Below are positions 45,887 through 55,519 of a stretch of 64,000 bases of DNA, one piece after another. A model generated the notes under the pieces. The model was not told the DNA's origin, searched no databases, and saw only the letters and a program-made list of their open reading frames with translations. Position numbers and translations under genes: made by a program. The DNA comes from an uncultured delta proteobacterium (GTDB taxonomy: Bacteria > Desulfobacterota > Binatia > DP-6), in NCBI GenBank assembly GCA_963815115.1, contig CAWFFN010000007.1, forward strand, positions 320,001 to 384,000. The letters are read 5' to 3'. Numbering within the stretch: position 1 is the first letter of the stretch; every line of letters starts with the position of its first letter.

Positions 45887-47377
45887 ATGGCGACCCTCCA
45901 GACCCTCCCCGACGCAACCACGTTCCTCCCGGCTTCGGGAGGCGCAACCTCGCCGGTCGCAATACGCAGCGTCCTGTATGCCGTCTTCAAGCACCGGAGG
46001 CTCGTGCTCGGCATCCTGGCGATGGTGTTCCTGGGCTCGGCTCTGGCCGCGTTCCTCCGGCCGCGCACGTGGCTCGCCAGCAGCAAGGTGCTGGTGAAGC
46101 TCGGTGAGACGGTGCAGCTCGCACCCGCCGAGGCGCCGTCTCGCAGCGTCAACCTCCCCCTCAACCAGGACGTGGTGAAGACGGAAGCGGACATCATCAA
46201 GAGCCAGTCGGTGATCGCGGAAGCGGTCCGGCGTCTCGGCATTCAGCCCGAGCCGGGCACCGACATGGACGAGCTCCTCGCGGCGATGCAGCTCGCCACC
46301 ACCGTGACGCAGAACCCCGGTGGCAACATCCTGCAGATCAACTTCCTGGGCAGGGATCCGAAGCGGGCCGCGCGCAACGCGAATGCCATCACGGACGTGT
46401 ACATCGAGCACCACAACCAGGTGTACGGGAAGTCCGGAGTATCCGAGTTCTACCGCGAGCAGCTCAACGTGCTCGAGGGGCAGATGGGCCAGGCGGAGCG
46501 ACGCCTGAAGCAGTTCCTCGCGAGGAACAACATCGTCGACGCCGAGACCGAGATCAAGCTGCTCGCGGAGGACGAGATCGAGCAGGAGAAGGGGCTCCAG
46601 GCGCACCTGGCCAAGATCTCCGCGCTGCGCAAGAAGCTCAAGACCATCGAGGGGCAGCTGGCCAATACCCCGGAGCAGATCGCGTGGGGTGAGGAATACA
46701 CCACGAATCCCACGGCGCTCACCTACAAGAACAAGCTCGCCGAGCTCGAGGTGAGCCGGGCCAACGTCCTCCAGCGCTATATGCCGAACGACCGGCACGT
46801 GGTCGACTTCGACGAGCAGATCGCGGGTCTCAAGAATCGCCTGAGGGCCGAGCAGGACAAGCTGCTGAGCAAGCAGACGATGCGAACCAGCCTGCTCAAC
46901 ATGGACCTCAAGCGCGGGGTATTCTCGATCCAGGCGCTGCTCGCCGACGCGGAGGCGCGCAAGCCCGATCTGTGGCGTCGGCTGAAGGGCACCCAGAAGC
47001 ACCTCAAGACGCTGCGCCAGCTGAGCTTCCAGGTGGCCAACCTGCAGGACGAGGCCGACCGTAAGAAGTACGCCTACCAGCTGTACTGGAAGAAGCACGA
47101 AGAGGCTCGCGCCACCGAGGCCATGAGCGAGCAGAGCATGGTGAGCGTCAGCGTGGTCGATCGCGCGGTACCGCCGATCGATCCCCAGAACCCGCCGTGG
47201 ATACCGTTGGTCCTCGGGCTCTTTGCCGGGCTCGTGCTCGGCACGGCGACGGCAGTGGCGGTCGAGTTCCTGAATCGCCGCCTCCGCTTCGAGCAGGAGG
47301 TCGAGCACTATCTCGAGCTTCCCGTGCTCGCCGTGATTCCGGACCTGGACCACGTCCCCGATTTCGCGCGCGGATGA
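45887..47377 (+). CDS. Polysaccharide co-polymerase (GumC/Wzc membrane part)
   Basis: Two TM helices flank a long coiled coil. TEADIIKSQ, VVDRAVPP..P and LELPVLAVIP are present. Confidence 0.9.
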   Translation: MATLQTLPDATTFLPASGGATSPVAIRSVLYAVFKHRRLVLGILAMVFLGSALAAFLRPRTWLASSKVLVKLGETVQLAPAEAPSRSVNLPLNQDVVKTEADIIKSQSVIAEAVRRLGIQPEPGTDMDELLAAMQLATTVTQNPGGNILQINFLGRDPKRAARNANAITDVYIEHHNQVYGKSGVSEFYREQLNVLEGQMGQAERRLKQFLARNNIVDAETEIKLLAEDEIEQEKGLQAHLAKISALRKKLKTIEGQLANTPEQIAWGEEYTTNPTALTYKNKLAELEVSRANVLQRYMPNDRHVVDFDEQIAGLKNRLRAEQDKLLSKQTMRTSLLNMDLKRGVFSIQALLADAEARKPDLWRRLKGTQKHLKTLRQLSFQVANLQDEADRKKYAYQLYWKKHEEARATEAMSEQSMVSVSVVDRAVPPIDPQNPPWIPLVLGLFAGLVLGTATAVAVEFLNRRLRFEQEVEHYLELPVLAVIPDLDHVPDFARG

Positions 47378-47393
47378 TACTCGGAAGAGCGAC

Positions 47394-48227
47394 ATGAGCC
47401 GGATATACGACGCACTGAAGAAGCTCGAGGCGGAGAGCGGCAAGAGCGGTCACCACAACGGCGGCGGCAACGGGACGAATGGGTCCGGTGGCAACGGCAA
47501 CGGCAATGGACGCAAGGGCTGGCGCCCCTGGCCGTTCCGCCGTGGTGCCAGGGAGAGGCCCGCTCCGACGGCGATCAACTTCGAGCTCGGGCCCGAGGTC
47601 GAGGAAGCCTATCAGCGGCTCGGAACGAACCTCCTGGTGTCCCCGGGGCAGCTGGCGACCGATCATCCGAAGCTGCTCGGCGTGGTTGCGGCGGGCCACG
47701 GCGAGGGCGCGACGACCACCGCGGGCGTATTCGCGTCGATCCTGGTCCGCCGCCGTGGCGGGCGGGTGGTCGTCGTGGAAGGGAACATGCGCTCGCCCTC
47801 GTTCGAGACGGCGTTCGGCGTCAAGCCGGCGCCGGGGCTGGCCGAGATGATCCAGGGACAGGCGACGCTGGCCGCGGCCGCCCAGGCGACCTCCGTATCG
47901 AATCTGTTCGCGATCGCCGCGGGCCGCTCGACCGCTGCGCCCGTCGCCCTGTTCGACTCGCCGGGCTTGCCCGCGGCGTTCGCGCAGCTCCGCGAGAACT
48001 TCGACTTCGTCATCGTCGACCTCCCACCGGTCAACGTCTACGGCGATTCGCTGATCGTCGGGCCTCATCTCGATGCCGCGATCATCGTCATCGAGGCGGA
48101 CGCGACTCGTGTCCCGGACATCGAACGGGCGCGGCGAAAGCTCGAGCGTTGCGGGGTGCGCTTCGTTGGCTCCGTGCTGAACCGCCAGCGAAACTACATC
48201 CCGGCATTCATCGAGGAGATGCTGTGA
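47394..48227 (+). CDS. CpsD/CapB family tyrosine-kinase-like protein (probable pseudokinase)
   Basis: MSRIYDALKK, EEAYQRL, Walker A GEGATT, EGNMRSP, FDFVIVDLPP, GSVLN. Confidence 0.88.
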   Translation: MSRIYDALKKLEAESGKSGHHNGGGNGTNGSGGNGNGNGRKGWRPWPFRRGARERPAPTAINFELGPEVEEAYQRLGTNLLVSPGQLATDHPKLLGVVAAGHGEGATTTAGVFASILVRRRGGRVVVVEGNMRSPSFETAFGVKPAPGLAEMIQGQATLAAAAQATSVSNLFAIAAGRSTAAPVALFDSPGLPAAFAQLRENFDFVIVDLPPVNVYGDSLIVGPHLDAAIIVIEADATRVPDIERARRKLERCGVRFVGSVLNRQRNYIPAFIEEML

Positions 48228-48266
48228 AGCCGAGGCTCTAGGCCTCGTGTGCCGCCGTGATTTCAG

Positions 48267-49748
48267 ATGCCCGCGACTTCCGTCCCGAGCCGACCAGCCG
48301 CTGGCAACCCCGCCCTGATCCGGATCGCGATCGCGTTGGCATTGCCGGCGTTCGGAGCCGCGACGGTCGCGGGAACGCTCCTCGGTAAAGAGGTCATCGT
48401 CACCGCCGGATGGCTGGCGCTGGCGATTTCCGGTCTCCTCTTCATCCGTCCGGTCATCGGCATCGCCGTCATGACCGTGCTCTTCCTCCTGGCGGCGTAC
48501 CCGACGCTGCTCCAATCGCTCGGCTTTCTCACCATCAACAACCTGCTCGGGCTCTGCCTGGTCGTCCTGCTGGCGGCCCGGATCATCGAGACGCGAGATT
48601 TCTCGTTCCTCCGCATCCGTCAGGTGCGGATCCTGATCTTGATCGGTCTCCTGCTCCTGCTCGGCACCTACATGGCGGGGGTCCAGTTCCCGATGCTGCA
48701 GGCGACCGTCGGCAAGACGAAGGTCCTCGACAAGACGTCGGACATGGGCCACGACTTCGTCGCCCGCCTCGCCTATCTGATCTTCTTCGCCGTGTTCGTC
48801 CGCAGCCGGTCCGACGTGAGGATCATGTGCCTGGTCTTCATGCTCGGCCTGTACGCGGCCGTTCCGTCGGCGCTGGTGAACTGGTGGCAGGGCACGCTCA
48901 ACCGCGGCTTCCGCGTCGAGGCGAGCCTGACGTCCGGCTCCAACCCGAACCGGCTCGGAATGATCTGTCTCATCCAGATGATCCTGTGGTGGTTCTGGGC
49001 CCAGACGCGGCCAGGGGTCCTGCGCCAGGTGATCGCGTTCGGCGCCGTCGCTACGGCAGGGCTGGTCCTGCTCGCCACGGGCTCGCGGAGCGGACTGCTC
49101 GGCCTGGGATTCGTGGCGTTGATTCTCCAGACCGGGCCGCGACGGTTCCGGCTGCCCGCGGTCCAGGTGGCGCTGTTCGCGGTCCTGGGCGTCATCGCGA
49201 TCATCGCCATCGTGCCGGCGGAAACCTGGCAGCGCATGTCCACGCTGATGCCGGAGAAGGGGCAGATCGGAGCGACCTCGAACCAGATGCGCGAGGAGAC
49301 CCTGGAGCGTGCCTGGCAGGTGGCACAGGACTATCCGGTCTTCGGCGTCGGCCTCGGCAACTTCCGCGAGGTGACGCGGCAGGTCTACAAGGACGACTTC
49401 TTCCGGCCCCCCCACAACTCCTATCTGTGGGCCATGTGCGAGGGCGGCATCTTCGTCCTGGCCGCCTACCTCTGGCTCTTCTGGGTCACCTGGCAGGACC
49501 TGAAGCACGTCAGGCGGTACGCCCACCGCGACCCCGAGTTCGAGATCTGGGCGACCGCCATCCGGATGGTGTTCCTCCTGTTCTTCTTCTATTCGGCGTT
49601 TGCCGACCTCTGGCTGAACCCCTTGTGCTATGTCCTCATCGGGCTGGTGATCTCCATGCGCCAATACGTCGACACGACGCTGATCTCGCAGTCGGAGCGA
49701 GTTCCGGAGCCGCGCTCAGTGAGACTCGCCGGGCGGGCGGCTGCGTGA
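48267..49748 (+). CDS. O-antigen ligase/Wzy polymerase family membrane protein
   Basis: Multi-TM, with NPNRLG, TGSRSG, PVFGVGLGNF, PHNSYL..EGG. Confidence 0.9.
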   Translation: MPATSVPSRPAAGNPALIRIAIALALPAFGAATVAGTLLGKEVIVTAGWLALAISGLLFIRPVIGIAVMTVLFLLAAYPTLLQSLGFLTINNLLGLCLVVLLAARIIETRDFSFLRIRQVRILILIGLLLLLGTYMAGVQFPMLQATVGKTKVLDKTSDMGHDFVARLAYLIFFAVFVRSRSDVRIMCLVFMLGLYAAVPSALVNWWQGTLNRGFRVEASLTSGSNPNRLGMICLIQMILWWFWAQTRPGVLRQVIAFGAVATAGLVLLATGSRSGLLGLGFVALILQTGPRRFRLPAVQVALFAVLGVIAIIAIVPAETWQRMSTLMPEKGQIGATSNQMREETLERAWQVAQDYPVFGVGLGNFREVTRQVYKDDFFRPPHNSYLWAMCEGGIFVLAAYLWLFWVTWQDLKHVRRYAHRDPEFEIWATAIRMVFLLFFFYSAFADLWLNPLCYVLIGLVISMRQYVDTTLISQSERVPEPRSVRLAGRAAA

Positions 49749-50881
49749 CCGTCCGGGTCGCCCTGTTTGCGCCCTTGCTCGGAACCGGGGGGACGCAGCG
49801 CCATCTCCAGCAAGTGCTCGCCTTGCTCGATCCTGCACGCTTCGCCGTCCAGGTCTTCACGTTGCGGCCCGGGGGCGAGGTCGAGGACGAGCTGCGGGCC
49901 AGCGGCGTGAGCGTGCGCTCGCTCAGCGTCGGCGGGCGATTGTCCTCGCCGCGCACGCTGCGGGCGATCGTCGCGACGGCGCAAGCGCTGCGGCGCGCCC
50001 GCGTCGACGTCGTGCACGGCTATCAGTGGCGCCCGGCGCTGGTGGGCGCGCTGGCGGGACGGCTTGCCGGGGTGCCGCTGCGTCTCGCGAGCAAGCGGAG
50101 TCTCACGGGTGAGGATCGCCAGGCCGGGCGGGCCTGGCGCCACATCGCCCGCCAGGTCGACACGGTGATCGTCAACGCGGACGCGTTGCGCGTCGAGGGC
50201 GAGCAACGCGGCATGCAGTGCCGCTGGGTGCTGCTCCAGAACGGAGTCGACACGGAGCACTTCCGGCTCGCTCCTCCCGACCCGGCTGCCCGTGCCGCGC
50301 TCGGCCTCGATCCGCAGCGCCCGGTCGTCGGCACGATCGGACGTCTCGAGGATCGCAAGGGCCACGACCATCTTCTCCGCGCGGCGGGAGCCATGCTCGC
50401 GGTCGGGAACGGCCGGCGGCCCCAGATCGTCATCGTCGGCGACGGCCCCTTGCGCGAGAGCCTGCGACAGCAGGCCCGGTCGCTCGGCGTGGCCGACAGC
50501 GTGCGATTCGTCGGGACGGTGGCGGACGTGCGTCCGTCCCTCGCGGCGATGGACGTCTTCGTGCTGCCGTCGAACGCCGAAGGCATGTCGAACGCGCTGA
50601 TGGAGGCCATGGCGGCGGCGCGTCCGGTGGTGGCGACGGCAGTGGGAGGAAACACCGAGGTGGTGATCGACGGGAAGACGGGCGTGCTGATACCGCCCGC
50701 AGACCCGGCGGCGATCGCAGATGCCATCGGTGGCTTGCTGCGCGATCCCGATCGCGCAGCGGTGCTCGGCGCGGCGGCGCGCGAGTTCGTCACCCGGGGG
50801 TTCGGCGCCCGTGCCCGGGTGGCGGAGCTCGAGCAGCTGTACGAGGAGCGCCTCGCGCTCCGAACCAGGAGGGCGGCGTGA
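49745..50881 (+). CDS. Glycosyltransferase family 4
   Basis: GGTQRH, NGVD, GRLEDRKGH, VGDGP, DVFVLPS..EGMSNALMEAMA. GTG start overlaps the upstream stop. Confidence 0.95.
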   Translation: MTVRVALFAPLLGTGGTQRHLQQVLALLDPARFAVQVFTLRPGGEVEDELRASGVSVRSLSVGGRLSSPRTLRAIVATAQALRRARVDVVHGYQWRPALVGALAGRLAGVPLRLASKRSLTGEDRQAGRAWRHIARQVDTVIVNADALRVEGEQRGMQCRWVLLQNGVDTEHFRLAPPDPAARAALGLDPQRPVVGTIGRLEDRKGHDHLLRAAGAMLAVGNGRRPQIVIVGDGPLRESLRQQARSLGVADSVRFVGTVADVRPSLAAMDVFVLPSNAEGMSNALMEAMAAARPVVATAVGGNTEVVIDGKTGVLIPPADPAAIADAIGGLLRDPDRAAVLGAAAREFVTRGFGARARVAELEQLYEERLALRTRRAA

Positions 50882-52560
50882 GCCAGGGGAACGGCGGCGC
50901 GCGACGGCGCGTGCTGGTGGTCGGGCTGGATGCCGCGACCTTCGACCTCATGCTGCCGTGGGCCGAGTCCGGCGTGCTGCCGACGATCGGCCGTCTCATC
51001 CGCGAGGGCATGCGCGCCCCGTTGCGCTCGACGCTCCCGGCGCTGACGCCACCGGGCTGGACCTCGGCCGCGACCGGCCGGAATCCGGGCAAGCACAACG
51101 TGTTCAACTTCTATCGCGGCCGGGCCGGCGGGCTGGAGCCCGCGCCCGTCACACCGGCCGACCTGCGCAGCCCGCGCGTCTGGGACATCGCCGCCCAGCA
51201 GGGCCGGCGGAGCGTCGTGCTGCACATGCCGCTCACGTATCCGCCCGAGGACCGCGTCGGGGTGATGATCTCGGGGATCATGACGCCGAAGGGGGCGGAG
51301 GACTTCGTGGCGCCCGCCGCGCTCAAGGAGACGCTGGCGGCGCGGATTGCCGGCTATCGCATGGAGGTCGACGCCAGCCCCCTCAAGCGTGGTGACCTCG
51401 AGACCTTCCGGCGTGACGCCTTCGACCTCCAGCGCATCCAGACCGAGGAAGCCCTGTACCTCATGCAGCACGAGGACTGGGACCTCTTCTGGGTGATGAC
51501 GCACACCCTCGACAAGCTGCAGCACTTCTTCTGGCGCTACATGGACGCGGATCACCCGGCATATCCGGGTCCGGGCCCGTTCCAGCACGTCATCCGGGAT
51601 TTTCACGTCGCCTTCGACCAGTCGCTGGCGCGCTTCATCGAGGCGGCTCCGGCGGGCACCCCCGTGGTGTTGCTGTCGGATCATGGCTCGGCACCGCTCC
51701 ATAGCTACTTCTGCGTGATGAACTGGCTCGCCGACGCCGGTTTTCTCGCCCTGAACGGCGACAGCGTCGCGCGTCGCGGCCTCGGCGCGGTCGGGGTCGA
51801 CGCGCGGGCCGTGGTGCGGGGGTTGCGGCGAGCGGGTCTCGGCTGGGTGCCGCGCATGGTCCCGCGCGGGCTGAAGCGTGCGGTACCGCAGGCCCTCACG
51901 TCGTTCGGCAAGGTGGCGGGACGGATCGACTGGAGTCGGACCCGTGCCTACTGTCCGTCGGCGCCCGGCAGCGGGCTATGGGTCAACCTGCGGGGCCGGG
52001 AGCCCCAGGGCATCGTCGAGCCGGGCGCGGAGTACGAGCGCGTCGTCGCCGAGCTGCGTGAACGCCTGCTCGCGTATCGCGACCCGCGTACCGGCGCGCC
52101 GGTGGTCGACGCCGTCCACCGACGCGACGATATCTATCACGGACCCCATGCCTCGGAGGGGCCCGACCTGCTCATCGAGACCGCCCGCACCGTGTGCATG
52201 GTGGAGGGGCTCGGCCAGCGAGCGTTGATGAACGCCGGGCGCGGACCCGAGGAGCGCACGGGCAATCACGCCCGCGACGGCATCCTCGTGCTGCACGGGC
52301 CCGACGTGAAGCGAGGCCTGACGCTGCCCCTCGCCGCGATCGAGGACGTGGCGCCCACGGTCCTCTACCTGTTGGGTCTGCCCGTCGATGCAGACATGGA
52401 CGGACACGTTCTCACGGACGCGCTCACGCCCGAGCGCGTGGCTGCCGAGCCCGTCGTGGTGGCGGACACACCGTACGAGCTGCCCGAGAGCGCATTCCGC
52501 TACTCCGCCGAGGACGAGAAACGCATCCAGGACATGCTGGAGGGACTCGGCTACGTATGA
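50878..52560 (+). CDS. Alkaline phosphatase superfamily protein (type I phosphodiesterase/nucleotide pyrophosphatase)
   Basis: VGLDAA, LRSTLPALTPPGWTS..TG.NPGKH, DKLQH, SDHG, GNH..DG, DVAPT, C-terminal LEGLGY. Confidence 0.9.
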   Translation: MSQGNGGARRRVLVVGLDAATFDLMLPWAESGVLPTIGRLIREGMRAPLRSTLPALTPPGWTSAATGRNPGKHNVFNFYRGRAGGLEPAPVTPADLRSPRVWDIAAQQGRRSVVLHMPLTYPPEDRVGVMISGIMTPKGAEDFVAPAALKETLAARIAGYRMEVDASPLKRGDLETFRRDAFDLQRIQTEEALYLMQHEDWDLFWVMTHTLDKLQHFFWRYMDADHPAYPGPGPFQHVIRDFHVAFDQSLARFIEAAPAGTPVVLLSDHGSAPLHSYFCVMNWLADAGFLALNGDSVARRGLGAVGVDARAVVRGLRRAGLGWVPRMVPRGLKRAVPQALTSFGKVAGRIDWSRTRAYCPSAPGSGLWVNLRGREPQGIVEPGAEYERVVAELRERLLAYRDPRTGAPVVDAVHRRDDIYHGPHASEGPDLLIETARTVCMVEGLGQRALMNAGRGPEERTGNHARDGILVLHGPDVKRGLTLPLAAIEDVAPTVLYLLGLPVDADMDGHVLTDALTPERVAAEPVVVADTPYELPESAFRYSAEDEKRIQDMLEGLGYV

Positions 52561-53345
52561 GGGCGCGCGCGGCCATCTTCTGTCTCCACGACATCGTGCG
52601 AGACGAGCATCTCGCCGAGGTGCCGCTGACGCACCGGCCGTATGCGCTTCCGCCCCAGGAGTTCCGGTCCCATCTGATGGCGGCCCAGGCGGGAGCCCCT
52701 CGGGCCGTCACCGTGGCGCAGGTTCCGGACGAGCTCGCCGGACGCTTCTTCTGCCTCACCTTCGACGACGGAAGTGCCAGCGACTATGGCGAGGCCTTCC
52801 CGGCACTGCTCGAGTTCGGTCTGCGCGCGACGTTCTTCGTGGTGCCGACCCTCATCGGGACCGCCGGCTACGTCACCTGGGCGCAGCTGCGCGAGATGGC
52901 CGCCGCCGGCATGGAGATCGGCAGCCACTCGATGACGCACCCCTTTCTTCACCGGCTGGACGCGGCCGGACTGCGGCGGGAGTTCGGGGAGTCGAAGTCC
53001 ATCCTGGAGGACCGGCTCGGGGCAGCGGTGCGCAGCGCCTCGCTGCCGCGAGGCTGGGAGCCGCCCGGCCTCGAGCAGGTCCTGACCGGCCTCGGCTACC
53101 GTGCCTTCTGCACCAGCCGTGTCGGCTGGTGGCATCCGGGCGACCGTCCGCTCGCCATCCCGCGCGTCGCGGTGCGCCGGGGCATGGCGCCCGACGAGTT
53201 CGTCGCGATCGCGGCCGGCGCGCCCCGCGCGCTCTGGCGCCTCACCGCCGTCGAGGCCGCGAAGAACGCGGCCAAGGCGTGCCTGGGCCACGGCGGCTGG
53301 CAGCGGCTGCGACAGCCCCTGCTGGCCCTGCGGGAGCGCTGGTGA
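52557..53345 (+). CDS. Polysaccharide deacetylase (CE4)
   Basis: LTFDDG, ATFFV, EIGSHSMTHP. Confidence 0.9.
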   Translation: MRARAAIFCLHDIVRDEHLAEVPLTHRPYALPPQEFRSHLMAAQAGAPRAVTVAQVPDELAGRFFCLTFDDGSASDYGEAFPALLEFGLRATFFVVPTLIGTAGYVTWAQLREMAAAGMEIGSHSMTHPFLHRLDAAGLRREFGESKSILEDRLGAAVRSASLPRGWEPPGLEQVLTGLGYRAFCTSRVGWWHPGDRPLAIPRVAVRRGMAPDEFVAIAAGAPRALWRLTAVEAAKNAAKACLGHGGWQRLRQPLLALRERW

Positions 53346-54484
53346 TCGCCGAGATTTCATTCTTCGGCGCTCTGGCCGTCATCGCCTGGGTGTACATCGG
53401 CTACCCCGTGGTGCTGTGGGCGATGGCGATGGTGCGCCGCAGGCCGGTGGGGCGACGCGCGATCGAGCCGTCCGTCTCCCTCATCATCTGCGCCTACAAC
53501 GAGGAGCGCGACATCAGGCGGAAGCTCGAGGAGACGCTCGCCAGCGACTATCCCGCCGACCGCCTCGCGGTGATCGTCGCGTCGGATGGCTCGACCGATC
53601 GGACGGACGACATCGTGCGCGAGTTCGCGCCGCGCGTCCGGCTGCTGCGGGTCGAAGGGCGAGGCGGCAAGACGCTGGCGCAGAATGCCGCCGTCGCGTC
53701 GGCCCGGGGCGACATCCTGGTCTTCTCCGACGTCACGACGGTCTACGAGCCGGGCACCATCCGGGCTCTGGTCGAGAACTTCGCCGATCCCCACGTCGGC
53801 TGCGTGGGGGGCGACCTGCACTATCTGAAGGAGGCGCGCAACCCGTCGGCCGAGGGGCGTGCGCTCTTCTGGAGCTACGAGCGTCAGCTGCGCATCTGGG
53901 AGAGCCAGGTGCACTCGATCATCGGCGTGGCGGGCTGCGTCTACGCCATGCGGCGCGCTCTCTACCAGCCGCTGGATGCCGGCGCGATCAGCGACTTCAT
54001 CCAGCCGGGCAAGGTCACGGAGCGGGGTCACCGGACCGTGCTCGAACCCGCGGGCGTGGCGTACGAGCCGGTCGAGTCGCAGTCGCTGGGGGAGGAGCTC
54101 TACCGCCGGGCGCGAGTCATCACCCGCGGGCTGCGCGGAGCCTTCCACATGCCCGCGCTCCTGAACCCGCTGCGCCATCCCTGGTTCGCGACTTTGCTCT
54201 GGTCGCATCGCGTGCTGCGCTGGCTCGTGCCGGTGTTCCTCCTCGTGCTGCTGGCGGCGAGTGCGGCGCTGGCAGGGCAGGGTGGCCTCTATCGCCTCGC
54301 GCTCGCCGGACAGCTCGCGATCTACGGCACCGGCCTGGTCGCGTTCGGGCTCGAGCGCGCGCGCGTGCGCGTGCCCGGGCTCTTCATCCCGCTCTACTTC
54401 TGCGTCGTGAACCTCGCGCCGCTTCTTGCCCTCGCCTGGCTGGCTCGCGGCGAGCGCAAGGTGGTCTGGGAGACCGGCCGATGA
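53342..54484 (+). CDS. Glycosyltransferase family 2 (membrane-bound)
   Basis: YIGYP, IICAYNEE, SDGSTDRT, GK..AQN, FSD, ISDF, RRARV, with TM helices. Confidence 0.93.
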   Translation: MIAEISFFGALAVIAWVYIGYPVVLWAMAMVRRRPVGRRAIEPSVSLIICAYNEERDIRRKLEETLASDYPADRLAVIVASDGSTDRTDDIVREFAPRVRLLRVEGRGGKTLAQNAAVASARGDILVFSDVTTVYEPGTIRALVENFADPHVGCVGGDLHYLKEARNPSAEGRALFWSYERQLRIWESQVHSIIGVAGCVYAMRRALYQPLDAGAISDFIQPGKVTERGHRTVLEPAGVAYEPVESQSLGEELYRRARVITRGLRGAFHMPALLNPLRHPWFATLLWSHRVLRWLVPVFLLVLLAASAALAGQGGLYRLALAGQLAIYGTGLVAFGLERARVRVPGLFIPLYFCVVNLAPLLALAWLARGERKVVWETGR

Positions 54485-55503
54485 GCGACGGCGCACGCCG
54501 ACTCGCCCCGCTGATGAAGCGCGTGCTGTTCCACTCCGGCCTGCTCGCGCTCGCGCGGCTGGCGCGCCAGCGGGTTCGCGGAGTCGTCCTGCGCTACCAC
54601 GCCCTGACCGAGGGGCTCGACGAGGTACTCTACGCGGCACCCGACATCTGCCTCCCGGTCGACGCGTTCCGGCTCCAGATGGCGTTCGTCAAGCGTGCCT
54701 ACCGGGTGGTGTCCCTCGACGAGCTGGTGCGGGTGCTGGAGCGGGGTACGCGGCTCCCGCCGCGCGCGCTGGCCGTGACGTTCGACGACGGCTACGCCGA
54801 CAATCACCGGCTGGGCCTCCCGGTGCTCCGGAAGCTCGGCCTGCCGGCGACGGTCTACGTCGCGACGGGAGCGGTGGGCGGCCAGGCGCCGTTCTGGGTC
54901 GGCGCGGTGCGCGCGCTGGTGCTGCGTGCGCCCGGGACGGTCCTCGAGATACCGGGACAGGCGGCGATCGCGCTCGGTGTGCCAGGCCGGCGCGAGGCGG
55001 CGGCGAGGGCGCTGACCCGGGCGCTGGTTCCGCTGTCCGCGCCGGCGCGCGCCGAAGTCCTGGCGAGCGCCGCGGCACGAGCCGGGCTCGACCTGAGCGT
55101 CCTGCTGGCCGGGACCATGCTCACGTGGGAGGAGATCCGGGAGCTGCATGCGGCCGGCTGGACGATCGGAGCGCACACGGTGACGCATGCGAACGTGGCG
55201 CTTGCCACGCCCGAGCAGGCCGAGGCCGACATCGTGGGCTCGCGCGATGCCCTGGCGGCCGCGCTCGGAACGTCGATCGAGCATTTCTGCTACCCGAACA
55301 GTGGCGGTCAGCATCGCTACGTATCGCCCGACGTCGTCGGGATCCTGCGACGCCACGGCTTCCGCTCGGCCACGACCTCACGGCCGGGCGCGCTGCGTCC
55401 AGACGCCGACCGCTTCCAGCTGCCCCGGCTCGGGGTGAGTCCGCGGCTCGGCCCGGTCGTCGAGCTGGCCACCGCGCTCGAGCGCCAGCGGCTGGCGGCC
55501 TGA
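54481..55503 (+). CDS. Polysaccharide deacetylase (CE4)
   Basis: LRYH, AVTFDDGYADN, MLTWEEI, IGAHTVTH, FCYPN. Confidence 0.92.
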   Translation: MSDGARRLAPLMKRVLFHSGLLALARLARQRVRGVVLRYHALTEGLDEVLYAAPDICLPVDAFRLQMAFVKRAYRVVSLDELVRVLERGTRLPPRALAVTFDDGYADNHRLGLPVLRKLGLPATVYVATGAVGGQAPFWVGAVRALVLRAPGTVLEIPGQAAIALGVPGRREAAARALTRALVPLSAPARAEVLASAAARAGLDLSVLLAGTMLTWEEIRELHAAGWTIGAHTVTHANVALATPEQAEADIVGSRDALAAALGTSIEHFCYPNSGGQHRYVSPDVVGILRRHGFRSATTSRPGALRPDADRFQLPRLGVSPRLGPVVELATALERQRLAA

Positions 55504-55519
55504 CGGGAGACATCGACGC

